This document shows positions 17,699 to 26,849 of a stretch of 64,000 bases of DNA, one piece after another. Source of the stretch: Spirochaetales bacterium (GTDB lineage Bacteria > Spirochaetota > Spirochaetia > Sphaerochaetales > Sphaerochaetaceae); the NCBI GenBank assembly GCA_028722305.1, contig JAQYHB010000019.1, positions 21,421-85,420 of the forward strand, given 5' to 3'. A program made the translations under genes and the position numbers. The number at the start of each line of letters is the position of its first letter. Positions within the stretch are counted from its first letter, which is position 1. The notes beneath the pieces were generated by a model that was not told the DNA's origin, made no database searches, and saw only the letters and a list, made by a program, of their open reading frames with translations.

Positions 17699-18580
17699 AT
17701 GAAAAGACACAATGATTACCAATATGCGGGATACCTGTACATCCTACCGTGGATCATCGGGTTCCTTTCGCTCCAGCTGATTCCCCTGATCAACTCGTTC
17801 GTTTATTCCTTCACCAACCTGCAGCTGCTCGGCACCCGCCGGTTCATCGGGCTGGAGAATTACGCCAAACTCTTCAAGGATCCGCTGTTCTGGCAATCGA
17901 TGAAGGTGACGTTCCTCTACGTGCTGATGGCGGTGCCCTGCAAGATCGGTTTCGCCCTGTTGATTGCCATCATCCTCAACCAGAACCTGAAGGGAATCAA
18001 CCTGTTCCGCACGCTGTACTACTTGCCCTCGATCCTCGGTGGCAGCGTGGCGATCAGCGTGCTGTGGCGCTATCTGTTCATGGACAACGGCATCCTGAAC
18101 AACATCCTCTCCTTCCTGCACCTGCCCACACACTCCTGGCTGGGAGACCCGCGACTGGCGCTTCCCACCATCGGATTGGTGACGGTCTGGCAGTTCGGCA
18201 GCTCGATGCTTATCTTCCTTGCCGGCCTCAAACAGATCCCCGCTGTCCTGTATGAAGCCGCCGAGCTGGATGGATCGGGAAAACTACGCACTTTCTGGCG
18301 CATCACCCTCCCATCGCTGAGCCCAATCGTCCTCTTCAACCTGGTCATGCAGATGATCAACGCCTTCCAGGAATTCACCCCCGCCTTCGTCATCACCCAA
18401 GGCGGACCATTGAACAGCACCTACCTCTACGGGCTCTTGCTGTACAACCAAGGATTCAAGTTCTTCAAGATGGGCTATGCATCGGCCCTCTCCTGGATTC
18501 TTTTCGCCATCATTCTGGTGTTTACCGGACTGACCTTCTTTTCGTCCCAGTCCTGGGTACATTACGGAGACAATGTATGA
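17699..18580 (+). CDS. ABC sugar transporter permease (MalF/BPD_transp_1 type)
   Basis: Six hydrophobic segments and an EAA-type loop (YEAAELDGSGKLRTFWRITLP). ATG 17699 gives a typical N-terminus (MKRHNDYQYAGYLYILPW). Confidence 0.9.
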   Translation: MKRHNDYQYAGYLYILPWIIGFLSLQLIPLINSFVYSFTNLQLLGTRRFIGLENYAKLFKDPLFWQSMKVTFLYVLMAVPCKIGFALLIAIILNQNLKGINLFRTLYYLPSILGGSVAISVLWRYLFMDNGILNNILSFLHLPTHSWLGDPRLALPTIGLVTVWQFGSSMLIFLAGLKQIPAVLYEAAELDGSGKLRTFWRITLPSLSPIVLFNLVMQMINAFQEFTPAFVITQGGPLNSTYLYGLLLYNQGFKFFKMGYASALSWILFAIILVFTGLTFFSSQSWVHYGDNV

Positions 18581-19419
18581 GAAAACGCAGTAAAGCCCGC
18601 ACGTTCGTTTCCTACCTGTTCCTGATATTGCTCGCCTACATCATGATCTATCCGTTGCTGTGGATGCTTGGGGCGGCATTCAAGACCAACGCCGAGATTT
18701 TCGGCACAATCAGCCTGCTGCCCAAAGAGCCGGTCTACAACGCCTGGGCCGATGGCTGGAGAGGATCCGGACAGTACACCTTCGGACGCTTCTTGGCGAA
18801 CTCCTTTTTGATGGTCATCCCGACCGTCCTGTTCACGGTGGTCAGCAGCGTGCTGGTCGGCTACGGTTTCGCCCGTTTCCGTTTTCCGTTCAAGAAGCTG
18901 CTCTTCATGCTGATGCTCAGCACGATGATGCTGCCCGGTACGGTCGTCATCATCCCCCGCTACATCTTCTTCCGCAAGCTTGGCTGGCTGGACAGCTACC
19001 TGCCCTTCATCGTCCCGGCGGCCCTCGCCACCTACACCTTCTTCAACTTCATGACGGTCCAGTTCTTCCGTGGCCTGCCTCTGGAGCTGGACGAGTCCGC
19101 GAAACTGGACGGGTGCGGCAGTTTCCTGATCCTGACCCGGATTCTGCTTCCCTTGTGCACCAGCATGATCTTCTCCATCATCGTCTTCCAGTTTGTCTGG
19201 AGGTGGAACGACTTCCTCAACGTGCTGATCTACATCTCCAGCGTCGCCAAATACCCGGTCGCCCTCGGACTGAGGATGACGATGGACATCTCCACCGACT
19301 TTGACTGGAACCGGATCATGGCCATGTCGATCATCTCGATTCTTCCTCCGGTATTGGTCTTCTTCTCCGCGCAACAGTACTTCGTCCAAGGTATCGCCAC
19401 CACCGGTATGAAAGACTAA
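18577..19419 (+). CDS. ABC sugar transporter permease (MalG type)
   Basis: ATGA overlap with the upstream permease. EAA loop ELDESAKLDGCGSFLILTRILLP. Confidence 0.9.
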   Translation: MRKRSKARTFVSYLFLILLAYIMIYPLLWMLGAAFKTNAEIFGTISLLPKEPVYNAWADGWRGSGQYTFGRFLANSFLMVIPTVLFTVVSSVLVGYGFARFRFPFKKLLFMLMLSTMMLPGTVVIIPRYIFFRKLGWLDSYLPFIVPAALATYTFFNFMTVQFFRGLPLELDESAKLDGCGSFLILTRILLPLCTSMIFSIIVFQFVWRWNDFLNVLIYISSVAKYPVALGLRMTMDISTDFDWNRIMAMSIISILPPVLVFFSAQQYFVQGIATTGMKD

Positions 19420-19438
19420 AGCCAAGAAACAATCCCGT

Positions 19439-19475
19439 AAGGGGCTGCCACATGACCGTGGCGGCCCTTTTCTTG
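19439..19475 (+). terminator. Rho-independent terminator of the ABC operon
   Basis: 11-13-bp GC-rich stem (AAGGGGCTGCCAC / GTGGCGGCCCTT) with a 6-nt loop, running into TTTTCTT. Lies 20 nt after the permease stop. Confidence 0.8.
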
Positions 19476-19873
19476 TATCCAAAACAAACTCAATCTCCCG
19501 CTCTTCGACGAAGAGCTGAAGCACCGGCTGACGCGCAAGGAAATCCTCGTCTCTCTCGCCAGCAAGTTCATCGACGACCTCGCCCACATGGACTGGAGGC
19601 GGATTCTGCCCTATTCTGGAGGACCCGCAAGATAGCGGCATCACAAAGGAAGACAGGGAAAGTTCCCACGGCAGCATCCGCTACGACATTCCCGTGCGCA
19701 TGAGAATCGGCGTCCGATCGATGTCGAGAGGCTGAACAGGCGTTTCCCTCCACCTGCCGGCTGTCCAGCGGGCAGAAGGAGGACATCTTCACGACGTCCA
19801 TTACCAGGATTCCGCCGGGGTCGTCTCTGTCCGGATCTTCTCCAAACCTGCGAGACCGTCGTTCTCCCTCTCT

Positions 19874-20554
19874 CTATGCAGTCGGATGGAATTGCTTGAT
19901 GGCGTCAATGGTGGAGAGGATGTGCTGCTCCATGATTCGCTCCGCCCCTTCCTTGTCGTGTTCCTTCATCGCATCCAGCAATAACGCATGGTCATGGATG
20001 CCGTGGGCGGTGCCCATCAAGGCGACAATCCGCTTCATGGCGCTGGCAAGGTTGATCCGCATCCCTTTGTAGGCCTCTTGGATGTAGGGATTCTTCGTCA
20101 CCTCGCCCAAGTACTCATGGAAGGAGAAATCCGCCTCTGCAAAGCTTTCCAGATTTCCCGCCATCCCGACCATCCGCTGGTAGATTGCCTGGAGCTGTCC
20201 TATCTCCGCCTCAGTGATGCGGGTCGCGGCCAAGCCCGCGATACTCTTCTCGAACACCATGCGTAGCTCCAATACCTGGATGACCTGGCTTTCGCTCCGG
20301 ATCTCGTCCCCGCTGACAAGCGGGGCATGGCCACGCGAGGCGACCACGGTACCCAGTCCGCGGCGCGTCTCCACGTAACCCTTCGACTCAAGGATCTGCA
20401 AGGCGCTGCGGATCGTGATCCTGCTGACACCATAGCGCAGGCAGAGCTGCGCCTCGCTGGGCAACTGCTCCCCTTTCTGGTAGGTGCCGTCCACAATCGC
20501 CTTCTCGATCTGGGCGCTGATGGTCGCCCTCAGTGGAATGCGCTCAGTAGCCAT
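19874..20554 (-). CDS. GntR/FadR-family transcriptional regulator
   Basis: N-terminal winged HTH (LPSEAQLCLRYGVSRITIRSALQILESKGYVETRRGLGTVV) plus an all-helical FCD-like C-domain. ATG 20554 avoids overlap with the transketolase stop. Confidence 0.85.
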   Translation of the reverse strand: MATERIPLRATISAQIEKAIVDGTYQKGEQLPSEAQLCLRYGVSRITIRSALQILESKGYVETRRGLGTVVASRGHAPLVSGDEIRSESQVIQVLELRMVFEKSIAGLAATRITEAEIGQLQAIYQRMVGMAGNLESFAEADFSFHEYLGEVTKNPYIQEAYKGMRINLASAMKRIVALMGTAHGIHDHALLLDAMKEHDKEGAERIMEQHILSTIDAIKQFHPTA

Positions 20555-20564
20555 GGCACCGAGT

Positions 20565-21482
20565 TTACGCCTTGCCGAGCATTTCGGCAACCTTTGCGGC
20601 AATGTCCTTGTCCTTCAGGTGATAACGTACCAACAGTTCCTCATAGCCCGAAGCGCTGGTACCATAGCTATCCTGGACACCGACCATTCCCACCTTGCCG
20701 AGCACTTCAGCAACCGCGGAACCCATACCGGCGTGGACGTTGTGTTCCTCGGCGGTGACGACCGCTTTCATCCCCTCGGCCTCGCGAAGCAATGCTTCCC
20801 TGTTCAGGGGTTTGACCCGGTACAAGTCGACCACCCGGACGCTGATGCCCTGCCTCTCCAGGAGCTCCGCGGCCTTCAGGCTTTCGTGCACCATGGTCCC
20901 GCAGGCAAAAACCACCCCGTCCTTGCCGTCGCGAAGGCGACGCAGCCCTTGCCGGAAATCCTCGTTTTCCTGATGGACCACCGGAAGGTCGGCACGGCTG
21001 ACCCGCAGGTACGCGGGACCTGTTCCTTCGACAAGCACCCGCATCAAACCCTTCACGGTAACGGCGTCACAAGGACAGTAGACCTGCATGTGGGGCAGCA
21101 CCCGCATCAAAGCGATATCGTCGATGCTCTGGTGCGTTTTTCCGTCCCCGTAGTCGGAAAGCCCCGCCGAGGAGCCACAGATGACCACGTGCAGGCCTGC
21201 AATGGCGATCGAGGAGCGGATCTGGTCGTAGGCCCTGCCTGTGGCGAAGACGGCGAATGTGCTGACGAAGGGGATCTTTCCCCCGAGCGCCAGACCGGCA
21301 GCCGTGCTCAGCATGTTCTGCTCGGCAATCCCCATCTGGAAGTAACGCTCGGGGAAGGCATCCTGGAACAGGCAACTCATCGTGCTCTTGCCAAGGTCGG
21401 CGTCCATCGCCACCACATTCCTGTCCTTCCGTCCCAACTCGACCAGCGCGGCTCCATACGCCTGTCTCAAACTCTCGATCAT
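20565..21482 (-). CDS. transketolase, C-terminal (pyrimidine-binding) subunit
   Basis: 305 aa; FQMGIAEQNM and the C-terminal domain of split transketolases. Confidence 0.9.
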   Translation of the reverse strand: MIESLRQAYGAALVELGRKDRNVVAMDADLGKSTMSCLFQDAFPERYFQMGIAEQNMLSTAAGLALGGKIPFVSTFAVFATGRAYDQIRSSIAIAGLHVVICGSSAGLSDYGDGKTHQSIDDIALMRVLPHMQVYCPCDAVTVKGLMRVLVEGTGPAYLRVSRADLPVVHQENEDFRQGLRRLRDGKDGVVFACGTMVHESLKAAELLERQGISVRVVDLYRVKPLNREALLREAEGMKAVVTAEEHNVHAGMGSAVAEVLGKVGMVGVQDSYGTSASGYEELLVRYHLKDKDIAAKVAEMLGKA

Positions 21483-22330
21483 TTTCCGACCTCCTCACGC
21501 ATCCGCTTAATGATGGCGACCGCTTCCTGGTACTGCTCGGCGCTCAACATCGAATTATGGAACTGGCATTTGCCTTCCGCGAAAGGAAAACCCTTCCCCT
21601 TGACGGTATGGGCGACGATGCAGGTGGGAATGCCTTTGGTCCGGTCGCTATCCTCGATCGCATCCAATATCCGGGGAATCGAATGTCCATCAATCTCCAC
21701 CACATGCCAGCCGAAGGCCTTGAAGCGCTCGGCCACATGGGGAATCGGAAACACTTCGTCGGTGGTTCCCGAAGCCTGCACCCCGTTCAGATCGACGAAC
21801 AGGCAGAGATTGTCCAGATGGTAGTTGACCGAACTCATGGCTGCCTCCCAGATCTGCCCTTCTGCCAGCTCGCCGTCACCGGCGATGCAGAAAACCTTGG
21901 CCGGATTATGGTCCAGCTTCAGGGCCATCGCCATGCCGCCGGCAATCGAGAGCCCCTGTCCGAGCGAGCCAGTGACCGCCTCCAAGCCTGGCGTACGGTC
22001 GATATCGGGATGCCCCTGCAGCATCCCATCCAGCGTCTTCAACCGGGAGAGTTCCTCACGGGGAAAGTAGCCGAGTTCGCAAAGAGCGGCATATTGGGCA
22101 AGGACCGTATGTCCTTTGCTGAGGATCAACCGGTCCCGCTTGGGATCTTTCGGATGGCGGGGATCCAGATTGCGCATCCGGTCGAAATAGAGGACGGAAA
22201 TGATGTCGGCGATCGACATGCTTCCGCCGAAATGCCCCACCTTGGTGGAGACCATGTCCAGAATATCGGCACGAATATCGATCGCGTGCCGTTTCAGAGA
22301 GAGAATCCGTTCGTTCCTGTATTCCATCAC
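21479..22330 (-). CDS. transketolase, N-terminal (TPP-binding) subunit
   Basis: 283 aa; GHFGGSMS, SKGH and GDGELAEGQIWEA motifs. 4-nt overlap with the C-terminal subunit gene. Confidence 0.9.
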   Translation of the reverse strand: MMEYRNERILSLKRHAIDIRADILDMVSTKVGHFGGSMSIADIISVLYFDRMRNLDPRHPKDPKRDRLILSKGHTVLAQYAALCELGYFPREELSRLKTLDGMLQGHPDIDRTPGLEAVTGSLGQGLSIAGGMAMALKLDHNPAKVFCIAGDGELAEGQIWEAAMSSVNYHLDNLCLFVDLNGVQASGTTDEVFPIPHVAERFKAFGWHVVEIDGHSIPRILDAIEDSDRTKGIPTCIVAHTVKGKGFPFAEGKCQFHNSMLSAEQYQEAVAIIKRMREEVGK

Positions 22331-22337
22331 ATGCTCC

Positions 22338-23066
22338 TCAATAGCAGGTCACTCCGCCGTCTACCGCGAGGGACAGGCCGTTGATGAAGGCCGCCTCGTC
22401 ACTGGCAAGGTAGAGGACGGCGTTGGCCACATCCGCCGGATCGCACAGCCGCCCGAGAGGAACCTCGCCGTAACGCTCCGCCTTCCTTTGGGGATCCTTG
22501 AAGAGCTGGGCGACCAGCGGAGTGTCCACGGTGCTGGGATGGATGGAGTTGCAACGGATGTTGAACTGTCCATACCGGCTGGCGATTGCCTTGGTCAGCA
22601 GGGTGACGGCTCCTTTGCTTGCCGTATAGGCTTCAGGAGTGTACTTGTGGCCGACCAGCCCACAGACGCTGGAGGTGTTGATGATTGCTCCACCACCCTG
22701 CTTTTTCATCACCGGAATGGCATACTTGCAACCAAGGAAAACGCTTCCCGTGTTGACGCTCATCATGGTATTCCACTCCCCGATGGTCATCTCCTCGACA
22801 GGCTTGCGGATATTGATGCCTGCGTTGTTGACAAGCACGTCAAGACGCCCCTCCCGTCCCAGTATCTGGGTGATGGCGGACTTCCAGTCCTCTTCGTTGG
22901 TCAGGTCGATCCGGATGAAAGGCAACGCAAGGTTCCTTGCCACCTCCTCGCCTTTCAGGTCAAGCAGGTAGACTTTCGCCCCCTCCTGTGCCAAACGGCG
23001 CGCCATGGCGCTGCCGAGTCCGCCGGTTCCCCCGGTAATGGCGATCACTTTTCCTGTTACTCGCAT
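22338..23066 (-). CDS. SDR-family NAD(P)-dependent oxidoreductase
   Basis: TGGTGGLG cofactor motif, NNAG, and the catalytic YTASKGAV motif. Confidence 0.9.
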   Translation of the reverse strand: MRVTGKVIAITGGTGGLGSAMARRLAQEGAKVYLLDLKGEEVARNLALPFIRIDLTNEEDWKSAITQILGREGRLDVLVNNAGINIRKPVEEMTIGEWNTMMSVNTGSVFLGCKYAIPVMKKQGGGAIINTSSVCGLVGHKYTPEAYTASKGAVTLLTKAIASRYGQFNIRCNSIHPSTVDTPLVAQLFKDPQRKAERYGEVPLGRLCDPADVANAVLYLASDEAAFINGLSLAVDGGVTCY

Positions 23067-23075
23067 GGTTCGCTC

Positions 23076-23106
23076 ACTTGTATTATAAGTTTTATTTTGT
23101 AATACA
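23076..23106. promoter_or_regulatory. candidate GntR-type operators upstream of the SDR-transketolase-gntR operon
   Basis: Imperfect palindrome ACTTGTATTATAAGT (23076-23090) and 4-1-4 palindrome TGTAATACA (23098-23106), 10-40 nt upstream of the SDR ATG. Both have a GT..AC core in AT-rich context. Confidence 0.3.
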
Positions 23107-23152
23107 TGTCAGCATAGCACGGATTCCGTACCCGTCAAGCCAGAAGAGATGT

Positions 23153-24790
23153 TCATTCGTTGGCAGGCAATGGCATGATGATACGGATGGAGACACCCCG
23201 CTTGCCATCGCTTTCCACCCGCAGGGTGGCCGCCCCGCCGGTGAACAGCAAGAGCCGTTTGCGGGTATTGAAGAGACCAAGGGAAGTCGAGCGCTTGAGC
23301 ACGTCGCCCTGCTGCCCATTCAGTTTTTCAAGCATCTGCCCATCCATAGGCATGCCATCGTCGATGACCAGAATCTCCACCTTTCCGTCGCCTATCTGGC
23401 GGACTGTCAGGTCAATCGACAACGGACGGTCCGGGACAAAGCCGTGGTTGAATGAGTTCTCCAATAGCGGTTCCAGGAACATGGCGGGGACTTTCAAATC
23501 CCAGAGCGAGGAATCGATGTGCTCATGGAAGCTGAATCGCTCCTTGAAGCGGTAATGCTGCAGGGCGACATAGTCCTCCACCACCTCCATCTCCCTTTTC
23601 AAGGGGACGCCACCTTCCTCGGCGGTCAGCGAATAGGTAAGCAGGCGGGAAAGAAGCAACAGCATCTTGCTCACCTCGTTCTCCCCTCCGCTGAGGCGGA
23701 TTGCCTTCCAGTGGATTGTATCCAGCGTGTTGAAAAGGAAATGGGGATTGACCTGCATCTGCAGCGCCCGGAACTCCATCGCCTCCTTCTGCCACTTCAT
23801 GTAGTCCTGCTCCAGAAAGGTCTTGATGACGTGATAGTTCAGATAGTCGAAGACGTTGGAATCCTCGGAAATCTCGTCGTTATTGGTGCTACCCACCTTG
23901 GAGAACTGGGCTAGGACATTCGCCAGGAACTGCCGTTCCCGCTTGTTCACCTTCAGGGTGATGGCCAGGCCGACCAGCAGAGCCACCAGCGTCAGAACCA
24001 ATGTCAGCCAGATCAGCGTCCGGGAGAGGGCATAGAGCCGGTGGACGTCCAGGACGTAGGTATAGGTCAGCCCATACTTCTCGCTGACGGCATGGAACAC
24101 CTCTACCCGACCATCCAGAATCCTTGTCTGCAACAGAACCCGTCCGTCGGGAAGACTAGCGGTCAGCGCGCCACTCCTAGCCGCGTAGGCGGCCTCAAGG
24201 TCGCTCGCGCGCAAGTCCAGGACGATCAATCCCTTCTGGCTTGTCGCCGCATGGGAGAAGCGCCAGCACATGCGGATGATGCGCGTGCCGTTGGCAAGCG
24301 TCAGGGGCATGATCTCCTTTACTGGACCGGTGCGGTGGGACTCGTACCAGTCCAGCCAGGCATTGTTCGGCAGGTACCGGCTGTCGTACATTCCGTCGCT
24401 GGAGAAGACCAGGTGCCAAGGGTTGTCGATGTAGAGATAGATTGAGGAAATGTACGAGCGACCGCTTGCCGGAGAGGAGAGAGAGGCAAGAACCAGTTTC
24501 GAGTCCCGGTATCCGTTCAGGTCGACTTGGTCCTCCGAGAGAATGTGCCGGATGCGGGAAAGCAGCTCGTTGTTCATTCCCAGCATCAGCGAGAGCGAGT
24601 CCATCTCGTCAAAGACGTTGTCGTAATAGAGAATCGCGTCGTCCAGGACCCTCTTGGCCTCATCCCTGCTGGAGCGGCCCACCATGAAATGGGCAAGAGC
24701 CGACGAGCAAAGCCCGAGGGCAAGCACCACGGTGACCATTGGAAGCGTATGCTGGAGGAAAATACGGGCGATACGTGAACGGATATGCAT
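23153..24790 (-). CDS. YesM-type sensor histidine kinase (His_kinase + HATPase_c), no adjacent response regulator
   Basis: Two TM segments flank a ~250-aa sensor region. Signature MQVNPHFLFNTLDTIHW, then an ATPase domain (LEPLLENSFNHG...VIDDG...GLFNTRKRL). Confidence 0.85.
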   Translation of the reverse strand: MHIRSRIARIFLQHTLPMVTVVLALGLCSSALAHFMVGRSSRDEAKRVLDDAILYYDNVFDEMDSLSLMLGMNNELLSRIRHILSEDQVDLNGYRDSKLVLASLSSPASGRSYISSIYLYIDNPWHLVFSSDGMYDSRYLPNNAWLDWYESHRTGPVKEIMPLTLANGTRIIRMCWRFSHAATSQKGLIVLDLRASDLEAAYAARSGALTASLPDGRVLLQTRILDGRVEVFHAVSEKYGLTYTYVLDVHRLYALSRTLIWLTLVLTLVALLVGLAITLKVNKRERQFLANVLAQFSKVGSTNNDEISEDSNVFDYLNYHVIKTFLEQDYMKWQKEAMEFRALQMQVNPHFLFNTLDTIHWKAIRLSGGENEVSKMLLLLSRLLTYSLTAEEGGVPLKREMEVVEDYVALQHYRFKERFSFHEHIDSSLWDLKVPAMFLEPLLENSFNHGFVPDRPLSIDLTVRQIGDGKVEILVIDDGMPMDGQMLEKLNGQQGDVLKRSTSLGLFNTRKRLLLFTGGAATLRVESDGKRGVSIRIIMPLPANE

Positions 24791-24850
24791 CCTGGCGGGA
24801 CTCCTTTCCGCACATTGTAGGGCCTACGGAAGGGGGAAGTCCACGAAAAC

Positions 24851-25192
24851 TTACCGGTGCCACAGGCGGCGCAGCAGGCGGTGCAAGGGAGAAAGCTGGC
24901 GGTTCATCGCCCTGCAGAACTGGCGGTCCTCGGATACCCAGCTCGTCGTGTGGAACTGACGGTCCTGAATCCGGTAGAAAAGCTTTTTCGGCTCCAGCGG
25001 GCTCACCTTGCACTCTGTCCGGGCACAGGCGCGCAGATGCAGGTACAAGTTGGTCCTGCAACCATTTCCCCTGCCCTTCCGGTGCGGGCAACCGATACAG
25101 CGCTGGGCCTTCAGGCGGGCACAGCACAGCTTGTCGAGCATTTCAATGTCATCAAGCCCCGAAAGGCCCTGGCTTGGCTCCATTCGTTCCAT
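24851..25192 (-). CDS. hypothetical Cys-rich protein
   Basis: GC3-rich codon usage like real genes. Nine Cys in LDKLCCARLKAQRCIGCPHRKGRGNGCRTNLYLHLRACARTEC. Lies directly upstream of the orphan kinase on the same strand. Start is uncertain (25192, 25183 or 25231). Confidence 0.45.
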   Translation of the reverse strand: MERMEPSQGLSGLDDIEMLDKLCCARLKAQRCIGCPHRKGRGNGCRTNLYLHLRACARTECKVSPLEPKKLFYRIQDRQFHTTSWVSEDRQFCRAMNRQLSPLHRLLRRLWHR

Positions 25193-25316
25193 CGCCCTAG
25201 TACTGTAGCGTATTCCACCCGTTCTGGCCATCCTTTTCTCGCATTTTCCCCCAACAACCGCCTCATTGCCACCGCGGCCGCCTCATCGGTATACTAGGAG
25301 CCCGGAGGAAACCATC

Positions 25317-26792
25317 ATGACGCAATTGCTGTACCACACCCCGGCAAGCCAGTATCTGCTTCCCGAGCCTCGTTCCATCGAGACAAGTGACGGCACGCTC
25401 CATCTGCACCTAGGTTCCGCCTATTGCCTGGATCCCCCATTCGAGGGCTTCGGTCCGCTGCTTGAAAGCCAGCTGGGATTGAACGATGGTTGCGAAGACC
25501 TCTATTTCACCAACGCGAAGGAAGAACTGCCCGCCGAAGGCTACCAATTGAAGGTGACCAAGGAGCAGGTAGTCGCCAGAGCCTCCACCAACGAGGGAAT
25601 GTTCCAGGCCATCCAGACCATCCGGCAGCTCCACCTTGCCGGCCATGGACTGCTTCCCACCTGCCGTATCGAGGACAGCCCGCTGTATCGGTGGAGGGGC
25701 TTCATGCTGGACTGCGCGAGGCATTTCTTCACCGTGAAGGAAATCGAGAAACTGATTGACGCTGCGGCGCTGCATCATCTGAACGTCTTCCACTGGCACC
25801 TGACCGACGACCAGGGCTGGCGGTTCCCGGTCGACGGATACCCCGGGCTCGAGGCCGCAAGCTGGCGCCCCGATCCCGAGCGCCCAGGCAAACAGTACGG
25901 TGGCTTCTACACCGAAGCCGACATCCGCGAGGTAGTCGACTTCGCCGCGCGACGCTTTGTCACCGTCGTCCCGGAAATCGACGTCCCGGGCCACTGTGGG
26001 GCCCTGCTTTCCGCCTATCCCCAGCTCGGCTTCAACGCTCCCCAGCGTCCGGAATACGGATGGGGCATCTTCCCTGCCGTGCTGAATCCGGTCAAGAATG
26101 AGGTCTTCGACTTCCTCAAGGCGGCGATCGGCACCCTGGGCAGGCTTTTCCCCGGGCCCTACATCCATATCGGTGGCGACGAGTGCCCCCATGAGGCGTG
26201 GGAGGCTGACGAGGGCTGCCGAAAGCTGATGGCGGAGAAAGGAATCGCCAACGCCGACGCCCTGCAGGGGTGGTTCACCAGCGAGGTGGCCAAGCTGGTC
26301 AAGGCCGCGGGCAAGCGCGCCATCGGCTGGGACGAGGTCTTCGAGTTCGGCGGCGACGCCTTGGACAAGGATGTCATCATCGCATCCTGGAGGGGCAGCG
26401 AGGCCGGCATCAAGGCCGCCAAAGCGGGCCACCAGGTGATCATGTGCCCCAGAGACAAAGGCTGCTACCTGGACTACCAGTACACGGACGACCCCGAGGA
26501 AATCGGCGCCCCGCACAGGGTGAGCTCCTTCGAACAGTGCGCCTCATTCGACCCCGCGGAGGGCTTCGACGAGGAAAGCAGGAAGAACCTGCTCGGAGGC
26601 CAGGCCAACCTGTGGACCGAGTATGTGCGGAACGGGAGGGAGGCCGAATACCTCGCCTTCCCTCGCCTTGCGCTGATCGCCGAACGGCTGTGGAACCCCC
26701 AGCCCATGGACAGTCTGGACGCGCGGATGGCGATGGAGTACACCAAGCTGGACGGTCTGAAGGTGCTCTCCTGGAGGGGCAGGGCGGAATGA
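25317..26792 (+). CDS. beta-N-acetylhexosaminidase, glycoside hydrolase family 20
   Basis: HWHLTDDQGWRF, VVPEIDVPGH and HIGGDECPHEAW motifs. Start at ATG 25317 (MTQLLYH). Confidence 0.9.
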   Translation: MTQLLYHTPASQYLLPEPRSIETSDGTLHLHLGSAYCLDPPFEGFGPLLESQLGLNDGCEDLYFTNAKEELPAEGYQLKVTKEQVVARASTNEGMFQAIQTIRQLHLAGHGLLPTCRIEDSPLYRWRGFMLDCARHFFTVKEIEKLIDAAALHHLNVFHWHLTDDQGWRFPVDGYPGLEAASWRPDPERPGKQYGGFYTEADIREVVDFAARRFVTVVPEIDVPGHCGALLSAYPQLGFNAPQRPEYGWGIFPAVLNPVKNEVFDFLKAAIGTLGRLFPGPYIHIGGDECPHEAWEADEGCRKLMAEKGIANADALQGWFTSEVAKLVKAAGKRAIGWDEVFEFGGDALDKDVIIASWRGSEAGIKAAKAGHQVIMCPRDKGCYLDYQYTDDPEEIGAPHRVSSFEQCASFDPAEGFDEESRKNLLGGQANLWTEYVRNGREAEYLAFPRLALIAERLWNPQPMDSLDARMAMEYTKLDGLKVLSWRGRAE

Positions 26793-26849
26793 CCTCCGCT
26801 TGACAAACAGGGCAGTTCGCCTCAATGATACATCCGTCTCGAGAAAGAC

